54,888 nucleotides of DNA from a virus. Taxonomy: Duplodnaviria; Caudoviricetes. Under the pieces are notes generated by a model. That model ran no database searches, was not told the DNA's origin, and saw only the letters and a list, made by a program, of their open reading frames with translations. This document shows, in pieces, positions 28,362 to 36,983 of the stretch (positions are counted from its first letter, which is position 1; the number at the start of each line of letters is the position of its first letter). The DNA lies in the IMG/VR virus record IMGVR_UViG_3300033143_002805, positions 1 to 54,888 of that record; one strand, 5' to 3'. Position numbers and translations under genes: made by a program.

Positions 28362-30362
28362 ATGGGTATCCCTATAATCTTCTTTCGTAGCAGTTCGTTT
28401 AATTGCCACAGATTCTGTCCGATGCAATTTTATGCCGAGTATACATTAGGCATGAGGGGACCATCAAATAAGAAAGCAGATAAAGGGACTATCGTTCATA
28501 AAATACTGGAGATATGTGCTTTATGCAAAAAGGCTTTGCAAGATGATATCCCCGAGATAGAAGACGAGGAGATCGGGGCAGTACTCACTGATAACTATGA
28601 CCCAGAATATATGTCCTCGATTGCTTCTAGGGTATATCACCACTATACCGCTGATCTGACACATCATAGCTGGGGTGAAAAAGACTTTAAGGATTGTGTT
28701 AACTGGACCTGGAAGGCTCTAAAGTATAACGACGGAATGTTCGATCCACGTTACCGTAACGTGGTTGATGCCGAACCTCACTTCAACTTTGAGCTACCCT
28801 TCGATTGGGCCGAATATGATTATCCTGAGCAAGGACTCAAGGGAAAACTCGGACTCAAGGGTACAATTGACTTGATCACTGACCTGGGCGATGGCGTTTA
28901 CGAAGTGGTCGATTGGAAGGGGTTGCCTACCGATACTCCTATTCCAACAATCGAGGGTTGGAAAACAATGGGAACATTGACAATAAATGATATTGTCTTC
29001 GATAAAGACGGTAATCAAACTAAGGTTGTTGGCAAGTCTAAAAAAAGCTACAAAGAATGTTATGAAATTGAATTTGATGATAAAACTAAAGCCATCTGTG
29101 ATTATGAGCATCTATGGCTGCTAGACAATGATGACGTGGTAGATGCTCCGAATTTAAAGGTTGGTGACAAGATTGACGTGGCAGGTCCACTCGATACTGA
29201 CTACGTAGACTTACCTATAGATCCATACGTGCTGGGTGCTTGGCTTGGCGATGGCCGAAACCGTAGTATGGAAATTACGTCTGGTGATAGCTTTATATTC
29301 AATGAAATAGAAGATCGAGGCTATCAGGCAGGAACAGATATTAATCACTCAACGTCAGATTGTCGTACTAGTACTATTTTGGCTCAAACCCATAATCTAA
29401 GAAAACTAAATCTGTTACATAACAAACATATCCCCTTGGTATATCTGAGAGCTTCATACTCTCAAAGACTAGACTTGCTTAGAGGACTAATGGATACCGA
29501 TGGCAATGTGAACAGCGTCAGGAAACAAGCTGTGTTTACGACCTGTAATAAAAAGTTGTCGAATGATGTGAAAGAGCTACTACTGAGTCTTGGACAAAGG
29601 GTTAATCAATCTACGATAGTTAGAGATACAAACTTTAAAAAGAACGTAACAGTTTATCCTCTAGCGTTTCGACCCCTAAACCTTAACCCGTTTTTAATGC
29701 CTAGAAAATCGGACAGGATTAATGCCGACTGGGGTCCAGGTCGATCAAATAAGCGTATGATTAAGAAAATAACCAAGTTAGCTACCAATCTAGAAACTCA
29801 ATGCATTATGGTAGATAGCCCATCCAATACTTATCTTTGTACTAAAAATATGATCCCTACTCACAATACAGGCAGGCGGCTAGATTGGGCGACAGGTAAG
29901 ACCAAGGATCAGGTAAAGCTATTTTCTGATCCCCAACTCAGACTTTACCACTATGCTGTTAAGCAGATGTATCCTCACGTACACAGCTTCCTCATTACTA
30001 TATATTTTATTAACGATGGTGGAGCGTTCACTGTTCATTTTCAAGATTCAGACCTAGAAAAGACAGAAGCAATTATTAAGCGTCGGTTTGAAGCTATTCG
30101 AGATACCCAGCAGCCATTGCGAATCAAAGAGACTGACCCCAAGCAAACATGGAAATGTCACAAGCTATGTCATGCTGGCATGACTACGTTTGAGGACACT
30201 CATGTTCAGTCTATTGAACGCTATGGTAAGCCAATGAGCAAGTGCGATCAGATGAAACAGGTAATAGCTCAGAAGGGTATCGAGTGGGTTACTAAAAACT
30301 ATGCCCACCCTGATCATAAGCATGGGTCATATGGAGAGGGTGGTGGGAAGGTGCAACCGTAA
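28362..30362 (+). CDS. Cas4-like PD-(D/E)xK nuclease containing an intein
   Basis: CP..F, GTIVH, GTIDL, VVDWK|TG, QL.LY, C-terminal Cys cluster. Confidence 0.85.
   Translation: MGIPIIFFRSSSFNCHRFCPMQFYAEYTLGMRGPSNKKADKGTIVHKILEICALCKKALQDDIPEIEDEEIGAVLTDNYDPEYMSSIASRVYHHYTADLTHHSWGEKDFKDCVNWTWKALKYNDGMFDPRYRNVVDAEPHFNFELPFDWAEYDYPEQGLKGKLGLKGTIDLITDLGDGVYEVVDWKGLPTDTPIPTIEGWKTMGTLTINDIVFDKDGNQTKVVGKSKKSYKECYEIEFDDKTKAICDYEHLWLLDNDDVVDAPNLKVGDKIDVAGPLDTDYVDLPIDPYVLGAWLGDGRNRSMEITSGDSFIFNEIEDRGYQAGTDINHSTSDCRTSTILAQTHNLRKLNLLHNKHIPLVYLRASYSQRLDLLRGLMDTDGNVNSVRKQAVFTTCNKKLSNDVKELLLSLGQRVNQSTIVRDTNFKKNVTVYPLAFRPLNLNPFLMPRKSDRINADWGPGRSNKRMIKKITKLATNLETQCIMVDSPSNTYLCTKNMIPTHNTGRRLDWATGKTKDQVKLFSDPQLRLYHYAVKQMYPHVHSFLITIYFINDGGAFTVHFQDSDLEKTEAIIKRRFEAIRDTQQPLRIKETDPKQTWKCHKLCHAGMTTFEDTHVQSIERYGKPMSKCDQMKQVIAQKGIEWVTKNYAHPDHKHGSYGEGGGKVQP
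28920..29867 (+). mobile_element. Class 3-type intein with LAGLIDADG endonuclease (316 aa)
   Basis: Starts GLPTDTPIPT; EHLW; GAWLGDG and GLMDTDG; TQCI; ends PTHN|T. Confidence 0.9.
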
Positions 30363-30364
30363 AT

Positions 30365-30931
30365 ATGGATAAGCAAAGTGATAGGTGGTATGCCGAAACA
30401 GCAAGACATAATAAGCATTGGAATGATAAAGAAAAGGTTTATTTAAAAAAGAACTACACTAAGCTTAGTATAGATGAGTTAATGGAAGATATGGGCCGTA
30501 CCGCTCGCTCAATTCATATGGCAGCTTATAAGTTAGGGATCAGTCGTGAAAAAATCTTGGTGATAGATGGTACTAAGAAATGTTCAACATGCCTTAAAAT
30601 TTTACCTATTGGTGAGTTTCATCTATCTTCTAATAATAAAGTTACAGGACTACGTTCTGACTGTAAGGATTGCGTTCGAAATCAGACCTATCTTAGAAAA
30701 TATGGTATAACTCTTAAACAATATGAATCTATGTTAAAAGATCAAAATCACAAATGTTATATTTGTAATAATAAAAGAAATGGAGAAATTGTATTTAATA
30801 TCGATCATTGTCATACTACGGGCAAGATTCGTAAGATACTATGTAATGGCTGCAACCGAGCCTTGGGCTTTTTTTTAGATCGTTCTGACTGGATGCGAAG
30901 AGGTGCTAACTATGTGGAGGAATATAGCTAA
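30365..30931 (+). CDS. Endonuclease VII-type homing endonuclease
   Basis: KYGIT..Y..ML..Q...C.IC, IDHCH.TGKIR..LC..CN..LG. Confidence 0.88.
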   Translation: MDKQSDRWYAETARHNKHWNDKEKVYLKKNYTKLSIDELMEDMGRTARSIHMAAYKLGISREKILVIDGTKKCSTCLKILPIGEFHLSSNNKVTGLRSDCKDCVRNQTYLRKYGITLKQYESMLKDQNHKCYICNNKRNGEIVFNIDHCHTTGKIRKILCNGCNRALGFFLDRSDWMRRGANYVEEYS

Positions 30932-32823
30932 TGAAAACATACATACCACTCCACTGCCACTCCGAGTACAGTCTATTAGATGGACTATCTAAATGTCAAG
31001 CTATAGTAGAGCGTACCCTGGCTATTGGTGCCACGGCTTGTGCTCTAACAGATCACGGTAGCGTGTCTGGTGCTGTAGACTTTGCTGGCAAGATGAAAGA
31101 GAAAGGCTTGAAGCCTATCTTGGGCTCTGAGTTCTATGTATGTCGTGGTCTAGTAACGCAGAAAGATAAAGAAAATCGCCCGCTAGATCACCAAGTAATA
31201 CTAGCTAAGAATCATCAAGGCTGGAAAGATTTACTAGGCCTTACTTCCTTCGCGAATAAAAAAGAACACAGCTACTATAAGCCGCGTCTTGATATTGACG
31301 CTATAGCTAAAGCTGGCAGTCAAAAAAACCTTATATCATTCAGCGGTCACTTAGGGTCTATCTTAGCCAATGCTATTACTGATGGAGATAGACTTGATCC
31401 CGACTGGATGAAAAAGGGTATTGCATGTTCAAAGAACTTAGAGAACATATTCGGCAAAGGTAACTTCTTCATTGAGATTCAGCTTATTGACTCAAAGATA
31501 AATATCTTCGCAGGAGTAGTCGCTAAGGCTTTGAGACAGATCGCGGTCAAAACCGGCATTCCCTGTCTCGCTACACCCGACGCTCACTACTGCTCTAGAG
31601 ACGACGCAGAGGATCAACAGGTGTTGCTCTGCACGAATTTTAAAAAGAGTATAGGGCAAGTACACCGAGAATTAAAACAGGGCACGGCAAACAACACCCT
31701 GGCTACATTTTTCAAGTCGAACAACTATCACATCCCATCATATGAGGACATGATTGAGTTTCACACCGAAGCAGAGTTAGTGAACACACGAGTTGTTGAG
31801 GACATGTGCGAGAACTACAATATCTTACGTTCTCCTGATCCTCCCAAGTTTTCGTGTCCTAAAGGTATGGACCCAAATGAGTACTTGAGATATCTATGCC
31901 GCACAGGATGGGCAAGTAGAATGAGTCATATTGATAGTGACTCTGATAAATTTCCATCCTATGGAGAACGAATTAATCTTGAACTAGACATATTTACTAG
32001 TATAGGTTTATCTAGTTACTTCTTAATTGTAGATGACATACTTAGATTTACACGCAGTCGTGGCTATCTTACTGGCCCTGGACGTGGATCGAGTGCTGGC
32101 TGTATGGTATCCTACTTGTTAGGAATCACTCAGATCGAACCCATCAGATACAACCTTATCTTCGAACGATTCTATAATGCTGGACGTAATACGCCCGGCA
32201 AGATATCGTGGCCGGATATTGATTTCGATGTTCCTAAAGCTGCAAGGGATGAAATTGTCGAATACGTCCGCAATAAGTACGGAGCAGATAATGTAGCTCA
32301 GATTGTGACATTCCAAACCCTCAAGGGGCGGGCCTCACTTAAGCGAGTTATGAGTGCGAGAGGCAACATATCTTTCGATGAGCAGAACGCGATCACTAAG
32401 AACATTGTGGATGAGAGCAAGATCGCGGACGAGCTGGGCGACATCAAGGCCGAGTATGGTATCTCGTCCGTCATCCTCTGGGCTTTGGAAAATAACTCTG
32501 GCAAGCTTAAAGAGTGGTGTACAATTGGAGAAGGAGGTAAGCTAGAAGGTCGTATGGCTAAAATTTTTGAACAAGCCATTAGGCTAGAGGGAACTAAGAT
32601 TATCTCGGGTAAGCACGCTGCGGGCATTGTTATTTCGGCCCAACCGATTAGTGAATCCTGTCCGATGGTCTTAGATAAACAGGGGCAATATCAACTGGCC
32701 GGATTTGAAGGGCCAAGTTGCGAGGATGTTGGGCTACTTAAGCTGGACTGTCTCGGACTTTCTGCACTAGACAAACTTATGGACGCGGCCAAGATCGCGT
32801 CGGGAGAAGATGATGTCGACTAG
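30931..32823 (+). CDS. dnaE: DNA polymerase III alpha, N-terminal half (PHP + palm)
   Basis: LHCHSEYSLLDG, TDHG, GPGRGSSAG, PDIDFD, KHAAG; ends shortly after KLDCLGL. Confidence 0.92.
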   Translation: MKTYIPLHCHSEYSLLDGLSKCQAIVERTLAIGATACALTDHGSVSGAVDFAGKMKEKGLKPILGSEFYVCRGLVTQKDKENRPLDHQVILAKNHQGWKDLLGLTSFANKKEHSYYKPRLDIDAIAKAGSQKNLISFSGHLGSILANAITDGDRLDPDWMKKGIACSKNLENIFGKGNFFIEIQLIDSKINIFAGVVAKALRQIAVKTGIPCLATPDAHYCSRDDAEDQQVLLCTNFKKSIGQVHRELKQGTANNTLATFFKSNNYHIPSYEDMIEFHTEAELVNTRVVEDMCENYNILRSPDPPKFSCPKGMDPNEYLRYLCRTGWASRMSHIDSDSDKFPSYGERINLELDIFTSIGLSSYFLIVDDILRFTRSRGYLTGPGRGSSAGCMVSYLLGITQIEPIRYNLIFERFYNAGRNTPGKISWPDIDFDVPKAARDEIVEYVRNKYGADNVAQIVTFQTLKGRASLKRVMSARGNISFDEQNAITKNIVDESKIADELGDIKAEYGISSVILWALENNSGKLKEWCTIGEGGKLEGRMAKIFEQAIRLEGTKIISGKHAAGIVISAQPISESCPMVLDKQGQYQLAGFEGPSCEDVGLLKLDCLGLSALDKLMDAAKIASGEDDVD

Positions 32824-33043
32824 TAGACGAACAATGAGTACTTTCAGACAAGACATGATTAACCTATCTAGTAAGTACTCTTTTGTTAAAAAGGTAATTA
32901 TTAGCGATGAGAGCTGGGAAGATATGTGTAAATCTTTCGATAAGGACTTAGATCGATCCGAAGGCACTACCCAAAAACATATAGCAGACCTAAATGGGTC
33001 TATGTGTTTTGAAACATTGTATGTGGAAAAGGAAGAGCTGTAG
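32810..33043 (+). CDS. Hypothetical protein
   Basis: Small ORF following dnaE-N. Confidence 0.5.
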   Translation: MMSTSRRTMSTFRQDMINLSSKYSFVKKVIISDESWEDMCKSFDKDLDRSEGTTQKHIADLNGSMCFETLYVEKEEL

Positions 33044-33081
33044 TCTCAATGCGAATAACTAATAATGTCGAGGTGTTTTAA

Positions 33082-33756
33082 ATGAAAAATAGTAGATGGT
33101 TTATCTGTTTCGATTTTGAGACAGACGGCAAAAAAGCAGAAGAATGCAGTCCCGTGGAACTAGCGGCTGTTCCTATCGATCCAGAGACGCTAGAAATAAG
33201 GCGGGCGTGTGCTTTTAGTACAGTCATTCGTCCACCTGGGATAGACAAGGAAGACTATTTCGACGATAAGAAAGTCGAGACGATTAACTGGCACGCAAAG
33301 CAGGCGGGATGTACCTTTGATGATATCGTAGAAAAATGGAAGGGCGGTATGGCTCAGAAAACCGCGTGGAAAAACTTTTGTTCCTATTGTTCCAAATACA
33401 ATGTTGACAAGAGACCAGGACAATGGTATCCTCAGCCCATACCTGTGGGCTACAATATTCTTGGCTACGACATGATCATAGCTGAACGACTAGCGGAGAA
33501 GCATAAGGCTAAGGTGCCGTTTTCTCAGGTGACACGAGTGGATATCTTTGACATGATCTTCACTTGGTTCGAAAATCTAGATGAACCATCTGACTTTAAA
33601 ATGGATACTTTACGTAAGTTTTTTGGAATTAAGTCCGAGGGAAAAGCACACTCGGCAATAGTAGATGTGTTTGAAGAGGCTGAGATCTTTGTTAAGTTCA
33701 TGAAGTTTCAGCGTAGACAAGCTAGTGTTAAAAAATTCAAAGGAAGTTTCGCATGA
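33082..33756 (+). CDS. DEDDh 3'-5' exonuclease (DnaQ-like)
   Basis: FDFETDG, GYN..YD, HSAIVD. Confidence 0.88.
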   Translation: MKNSRWFICFDFETDGKKAEECSPVELAAVPIDPETLEIRRACAFSTVIRPPGIDKEDYFDDKKVETINWHAKQAGCTFDDIVEKWKGGMAQKTAWKNFCSYCSKYNVDKRPGQWYPQPIPVGYNILGYDMIIAERLAEKHKAKVPFSQVTRVDIFDMIFTWFENLDEPSDFKMDTLRKFFGIKSEGKAHSAIVDVFEEAEIFVKFMKFQRRQASVKKFKGSFA

Positions 33757-33757
33757 C

Positions 33758-34111
33758 TCAAGGCCAGTTCACAAAGCCCAGTGTCCACAACCAATGCACC
33801 ATGGCAGTCCAATAGAGACATGTACCAGCGACTAGAAACGAGAACCACTTCCACTTTTTCCAGTTACATAGATATATGAAGAGCATTGTATACATACTGA
33901 TACGTGAAATCCAGAGGGCATTATAGATACCAATGAATTTAATACAATAGCTCATTGGAAGGAATGTTTCCCTCTGCCAATTATTACCAATTATTTCCCG
34001 TGTTAGGATCATGTCAATCGTATGAATCACTAGCAACAGAACAACAAAGAACAACGAGATAAGCCATGATGGAGACTTGTACTCTTTGGGTCGCATACAT
34101 GTAGAAATCAT
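33758..34111 (-). CDS. Membrane protein, DUF5658-like
   Basis: Three hydrophobic segments, D..LT..E..P pattern; fills a gap on the opposite strand. Confidence 0.6.
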   Translation of the reverse strand: MISTCMRPKEYKSPSWLISLFFVVLLLVIHTIDMILTREIIGNNWQRETFLPMSYCIKFIGIYNALWISRISMYTMLFIYLCNWKKWKWFSFLVAGTCLYWTAMVHWLWTLGFVNWP

Positions 34112-34230
34112 TTTATTGGCCTCGTACGTGGTTAATGATATGCTACAGTATAATACACAATAACGGGGGTTTTCAGAAAAAACTCAAGTTTATGATAAAA
34201 TAGCAGAAATTTACCTTTAGGAGCTCTCTG

Positions 34231-34692
34231 ATGAACCTTGTTATTGTTTCAGGATACTTCAACCCCTTGCACACAGGACATCTTGACTACCTTGAGGGTG
34301 CAAGTCGTCTAGGTGATTATCTAATTGTGATAGTTAACAATGACGAGCAAGTCAGGATTAAGGGAAGCATACCCTTCCTGTCCCTTAAGGATCGTTTAAG
34401 AATAGTTCAAGCTCTAACCTGCGTGGGTAGGTCGGTGGCATCTATTGATACCGATGGCTCAGTTGTAAAAACCATAGAAGAGCTCGCCAAGCTGTGGAAG
34501 CAAGCGGGCTCCGATGGGACGGCGACACAAATTTCTGAAGATGGAATAATTTTTGCGAACGGTGGAGACCGAAACTCTAATGACATTCCAGAGTATTCCC
34601 TATGTGAAAAATATGGTATTCAAATGGCGTTCAATATTGGGGGAGGAAAAACCCAATCATCAAGCGGACTTATTAAGAAGGTTAAGCAATAG
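34231..34692 (+). CDS. Cytidylyltransferase-family (TagD/RfaE-like) nucleotidyltransferase
   Basis: SGYFNPLHTGH (HxGH), FANGGDR, KTQSSS. Confidence 0.88.
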   Translation: MNLVIVSGYFNPLHTGHLDYLEGASRLGDYLIVIVNNDEQVRIKGSIPFLSLKDRLRIVQALTCVGRSVASIDTDGSVVKTIEELAKLWKQAGSDGTATQISEDGIIFANGGDRNSNDIPEYSLCEKYGIQMAFNIGGGKTQSSSGLIKKVKQ

Positions 34693-34701
34693 GGGTTGAC
34701 A

Positions 34702-34821
34702 ATGGAAGACAAGCCTACATTATCGGATATTGTTTTGGGAGTGATTGGAATTATTCTTATAATTGCTCTTGCATGGGATATTGTTTGTTGGAGTATCTTT
34801 CTGGGAGGATGGAATGAGTAA
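34702..34821 (+). CDS. 39-aa single-TM peptide (not in ORF track)
   Basis: MEDKPTLSDIVLGVIGIILIIALAWDIVCWSIFLGGWNE; starts in motif copy 1. Confidence 0.6.
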   Translation: MEDKPTLSDIVLGVIGIILIIALAWDIVCWSIFLGGWNE

Positions 34822-35050
34822 TCAAAGAGGTCATAACTACTTCACTTTAGTAGAGTCGCTAGAGTTGTATATAGATAATTTATCTCATTTAAACAAAAAT
34901 ATGAAGATAGACAGAGAAGTCAAACTGCCTTCCCCAGTAGGACGCTTCCCAGTTTATGGTGGCGAGACAGTAAATGATGAAATCAAGTTGGCTAAGGGTC
35001 GTCTTAAAATAACAAGAGAGAGATTGTTTATAAATAAAAAGGAACAATGA
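34814..35050 (+). CDS. Hypothetical protein
   Basis: GGAGG RBS before ATG 34814. Confidence 0.6.
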   Translation: MSNQRGHNYFTLVESLELYIDNLSHLNKNMKIDREVKLPSPVGRFPVYGGETVNDEIKLAKGRLKITRERLFINKKEQ

Positions 35051-35051
35051 G

Positions 35052-35597
35052 ATGAAAATTGGGTTAAAGAAAATTCCGAAGGCCGTCGCCCTATGGGCCA
35101 TAGTAATCATGGGTGCATTCTTGATCTTTATGACTGCCCTAAGTATTGGTGAAGACAAGGGTCAGCGGATAGAAAGATCGCATCAGGCACTGGAAATTAC
35201 CAAGGTGGTTGTTGCCAACACAGAAATCATAGTTGCACATGGGCAGCTTTCTCAGCAGATGAGACAAAATTCAGATATTATAATGAGGTATCATCACTAC
35301 TTAGATGGTCATAATCCATCTGTTAAAAAGGTGGTATTATGTCCAGAGTGCCTGACAGAGGAAGACCGCCCAGGCAAGATCGAAGCATATTTTGTTACCG
35401 AATTTGAAGATCACCCAGAGGAATTGCCAGAAACATTTGAACAACTCTTACAGGACTGCGAAGAAATAAAGACTGGTATTCGAGCCGCCCGGTTCAGTTT
35501 GATTCTTCAAGCAGAAACATTACAACGTACATTAGATAAACTTAGAACTCAAACTTCTCCGGTGGTCGAAAATATCTTTGAAAGAATTGATAAATGA
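35052..35597 (+). CDS. Membrane-anchored coiled-coil protein
   Basis: N-terminal TM; ends VVENIFERIDK in motif copy 2. Confidence 0.7.
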   Translation: MKIGLKKIPKAVALWAIVIMGAFLIFMTALSIGEDKGQRIERSHQALEITKVVVANTEIIVAHGQLSQQMRQNSDIIMRYHHYLDGHNPSVKKVVLCPECLTEEDRPGKIEAYFVTEFEDHPEELPETFEQLLQDCEEIKTGIRAARFSLILQAETLQRTLDKLRTQTSPVVENIFERIDK

Positions 35598-35836
35598 GCT
35601 ATCGAATAACAGACGAGCAGGAAACTTTAGAAACTGTCAATTTCCACATGTTGACCGCCATGCAAAATGAATTTGTTTTTAATATTGACGAAGAGCCAAC
35701 AATTTGCAAAAGAATTCAGATTGGTGATTTGATTTGTGAAAACGACGCTTATAGTTGTCATACTACGTCAAGAGTAGATCAAGATGGGTTTGTTAAGGTT
35801 ATTGTTACGACAAAGGGGTGGGGAGTTGACAAATGA
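35594..35836 (+). CDS. Hypothetical cassette protein
   Basis: Starts and stops within junction motifs; ends GVDK. Confidence 0.7.
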   Translation: MSYRITDEQETLETVNFHMLTAMQNEFVFNIDEEPTICKRIQIGDLICENDAYSCHTTSRVDQDGFVKVIVTTKGWGVDK

Positions 35837-36030
35837 GTTCTGACGAACATAATTTAGAAAATCCATTATCAAATGTTGTAGTATCCCACATTGTGCCGCC
35901 GAATTTAGACCTTGCAACCCACCCATACGCAAAATATCTAAATTTTGGTGAGCCGATAGAGTGTATTTTATCTATTTTAGATAATGAAGAACAAGAGTTT
36001 TGGAAAAATATGGAGTTGACAAATGACTGA
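35833..36030 (+). CDS. Hypothetical cassette protein (MSSDE start)
   Basis: Starts in motif copy 3. Confidence 0.65.
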   Translation: MSSDEHNLENPLSNVVVSHIVPPNLDLATHPYAKYLNFGEPIECILSILDNEEQEFWKNMELTND

Positions 36031-36190
36031 CGATAGATTGATAACTCTTTACGATAAAAACAAGAATCCAAAGTTAAAAGTTAGATTGACAGAAGAAGGA
36101 TACGAAAAATATCAGGCAGGAGAAAAGTGGGATAGTGATTGGATTGAAATAATGATGGACATTGAACGTATAAAACTCGCAGAGTTTTGA
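36023..36190 (+). CDS. 55-aa cassette protein (not in ORF track)
   Basis: MTDDRLITLYDKNKNPKLKVRLTEEGYEKY..; starts in motif copy 4. Confidence 0.65.
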   Translation: MTDDRLITLYDKNKNPKLKVRLTEEGYEKYQAGEKWDSDWIEIMMDIERIKLAEF

Positions 36191-36202
36191 AGGAGTTGAC
36201 AA

Positions 36203-36631
36203 ATGAGGGAAATTAAATTTAGGGCGTGGCATAAGAAAAAGCATAAAATGCTTTATAATGTTCAAAAAACCGAAATGGTACATCATGCAATGTCTAGTAT
36301 GGCAGGAGAACCGTCTGGTTTAGACCATTACTTTAATGAAGAGTGGTATGAACTTATGCAATACACCGGACTCAAAGACAAGAACGGTAAGGATATTTAT
36401 GAGGGCGATATTTTAGGCTACCCAACTGATACCAACGATAAGAAACTAACAGAAGTCAGATGGGCAAAAGCATACTCTGGAGAGCAGTGGTGTGAATTTG
36501 AAATACGAAATTATGCTGGAAAAGATGTGAAGTCAGATGAGTCAGATGAGCCAGACGATTTTTATGGCGGCATATCTCAAGCCGAATATAAAATAGTCGT
36601 CGGAAATATCTTTGAAAGAGTTGATAAATGA
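36203..36631 (+). CDS. YopX family protein
   Basis: MREIKFRAW, LMQYTGLKDKNGKDIYEGDI, VVGNIFE. Confidence 0.9.
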   Translation: MREIKFRAWHKKKHKMLYNVQKTEMVHHAMSSMAGEPSGLDHYFNEEWYELMQYTGLKDKNGKDIYEGDILGYPTDTNDKKLTEVRWAKAYSGEQWCEFEIRNYAGKDVKSDESDEPDDFYGGISQAEYKIVVGNIFERVDK

Positions 36632-36810
36632 GTTCTGACGAACTAAAAGAAAATACTTTTTATAGTATTAATACCCAATATACAAAAGGGAGATTCCAAT
36701 ACGCCGGGGAAGTAGATTTTCAGGGCGTTAAGAAATATCTTTTTCAATGTTTCGCTATTGATATGTATTTAACAGAAGACGAATTAGTCTGTGTGGGGGT
36801 TGACAAATGA
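36628..36810 (+). CDS. Hypothetical cassette protein (MSSDE..GVDK)
   Basis: Bounded by motif copies 6 and 7. Confidence 0.7.
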   Translation: MSSDELKENTFYSINTQYTKGRFQYAGEVDFQGVKKYLFQCFAIDMYLTEDELVCVGVDK

Positions 36811-36980
36811 GTTCTGACGAACATATTATAGAAGATAAAGATTGGTCTTGTATGGACGAAATTTATACAGACTTTTATAGATGTCCCAAGTGTGGAGAAG
36901 ATATGATTATGGTTGCAGCCTTATACTGTCAGGGCTGTGGTGTTAAACTTGAGTGGAATTTGTCTGGTGATAGGGGTTGA
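36807..36980 (+). CDS. 57-aa Zn-ribbon cassette protein (not in ORF track)
   Basis: MSSDEHII..YRCPKCG..YCQGCGVKLEW. Confidence 0.7.
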   Translation: MSSDEHIIEDKDWSCMDEIYTDFYRCPKCGEDMIMVAALYCQGCGVKLEWNLSGDRG

Positions 36981-36983
36981 TAA

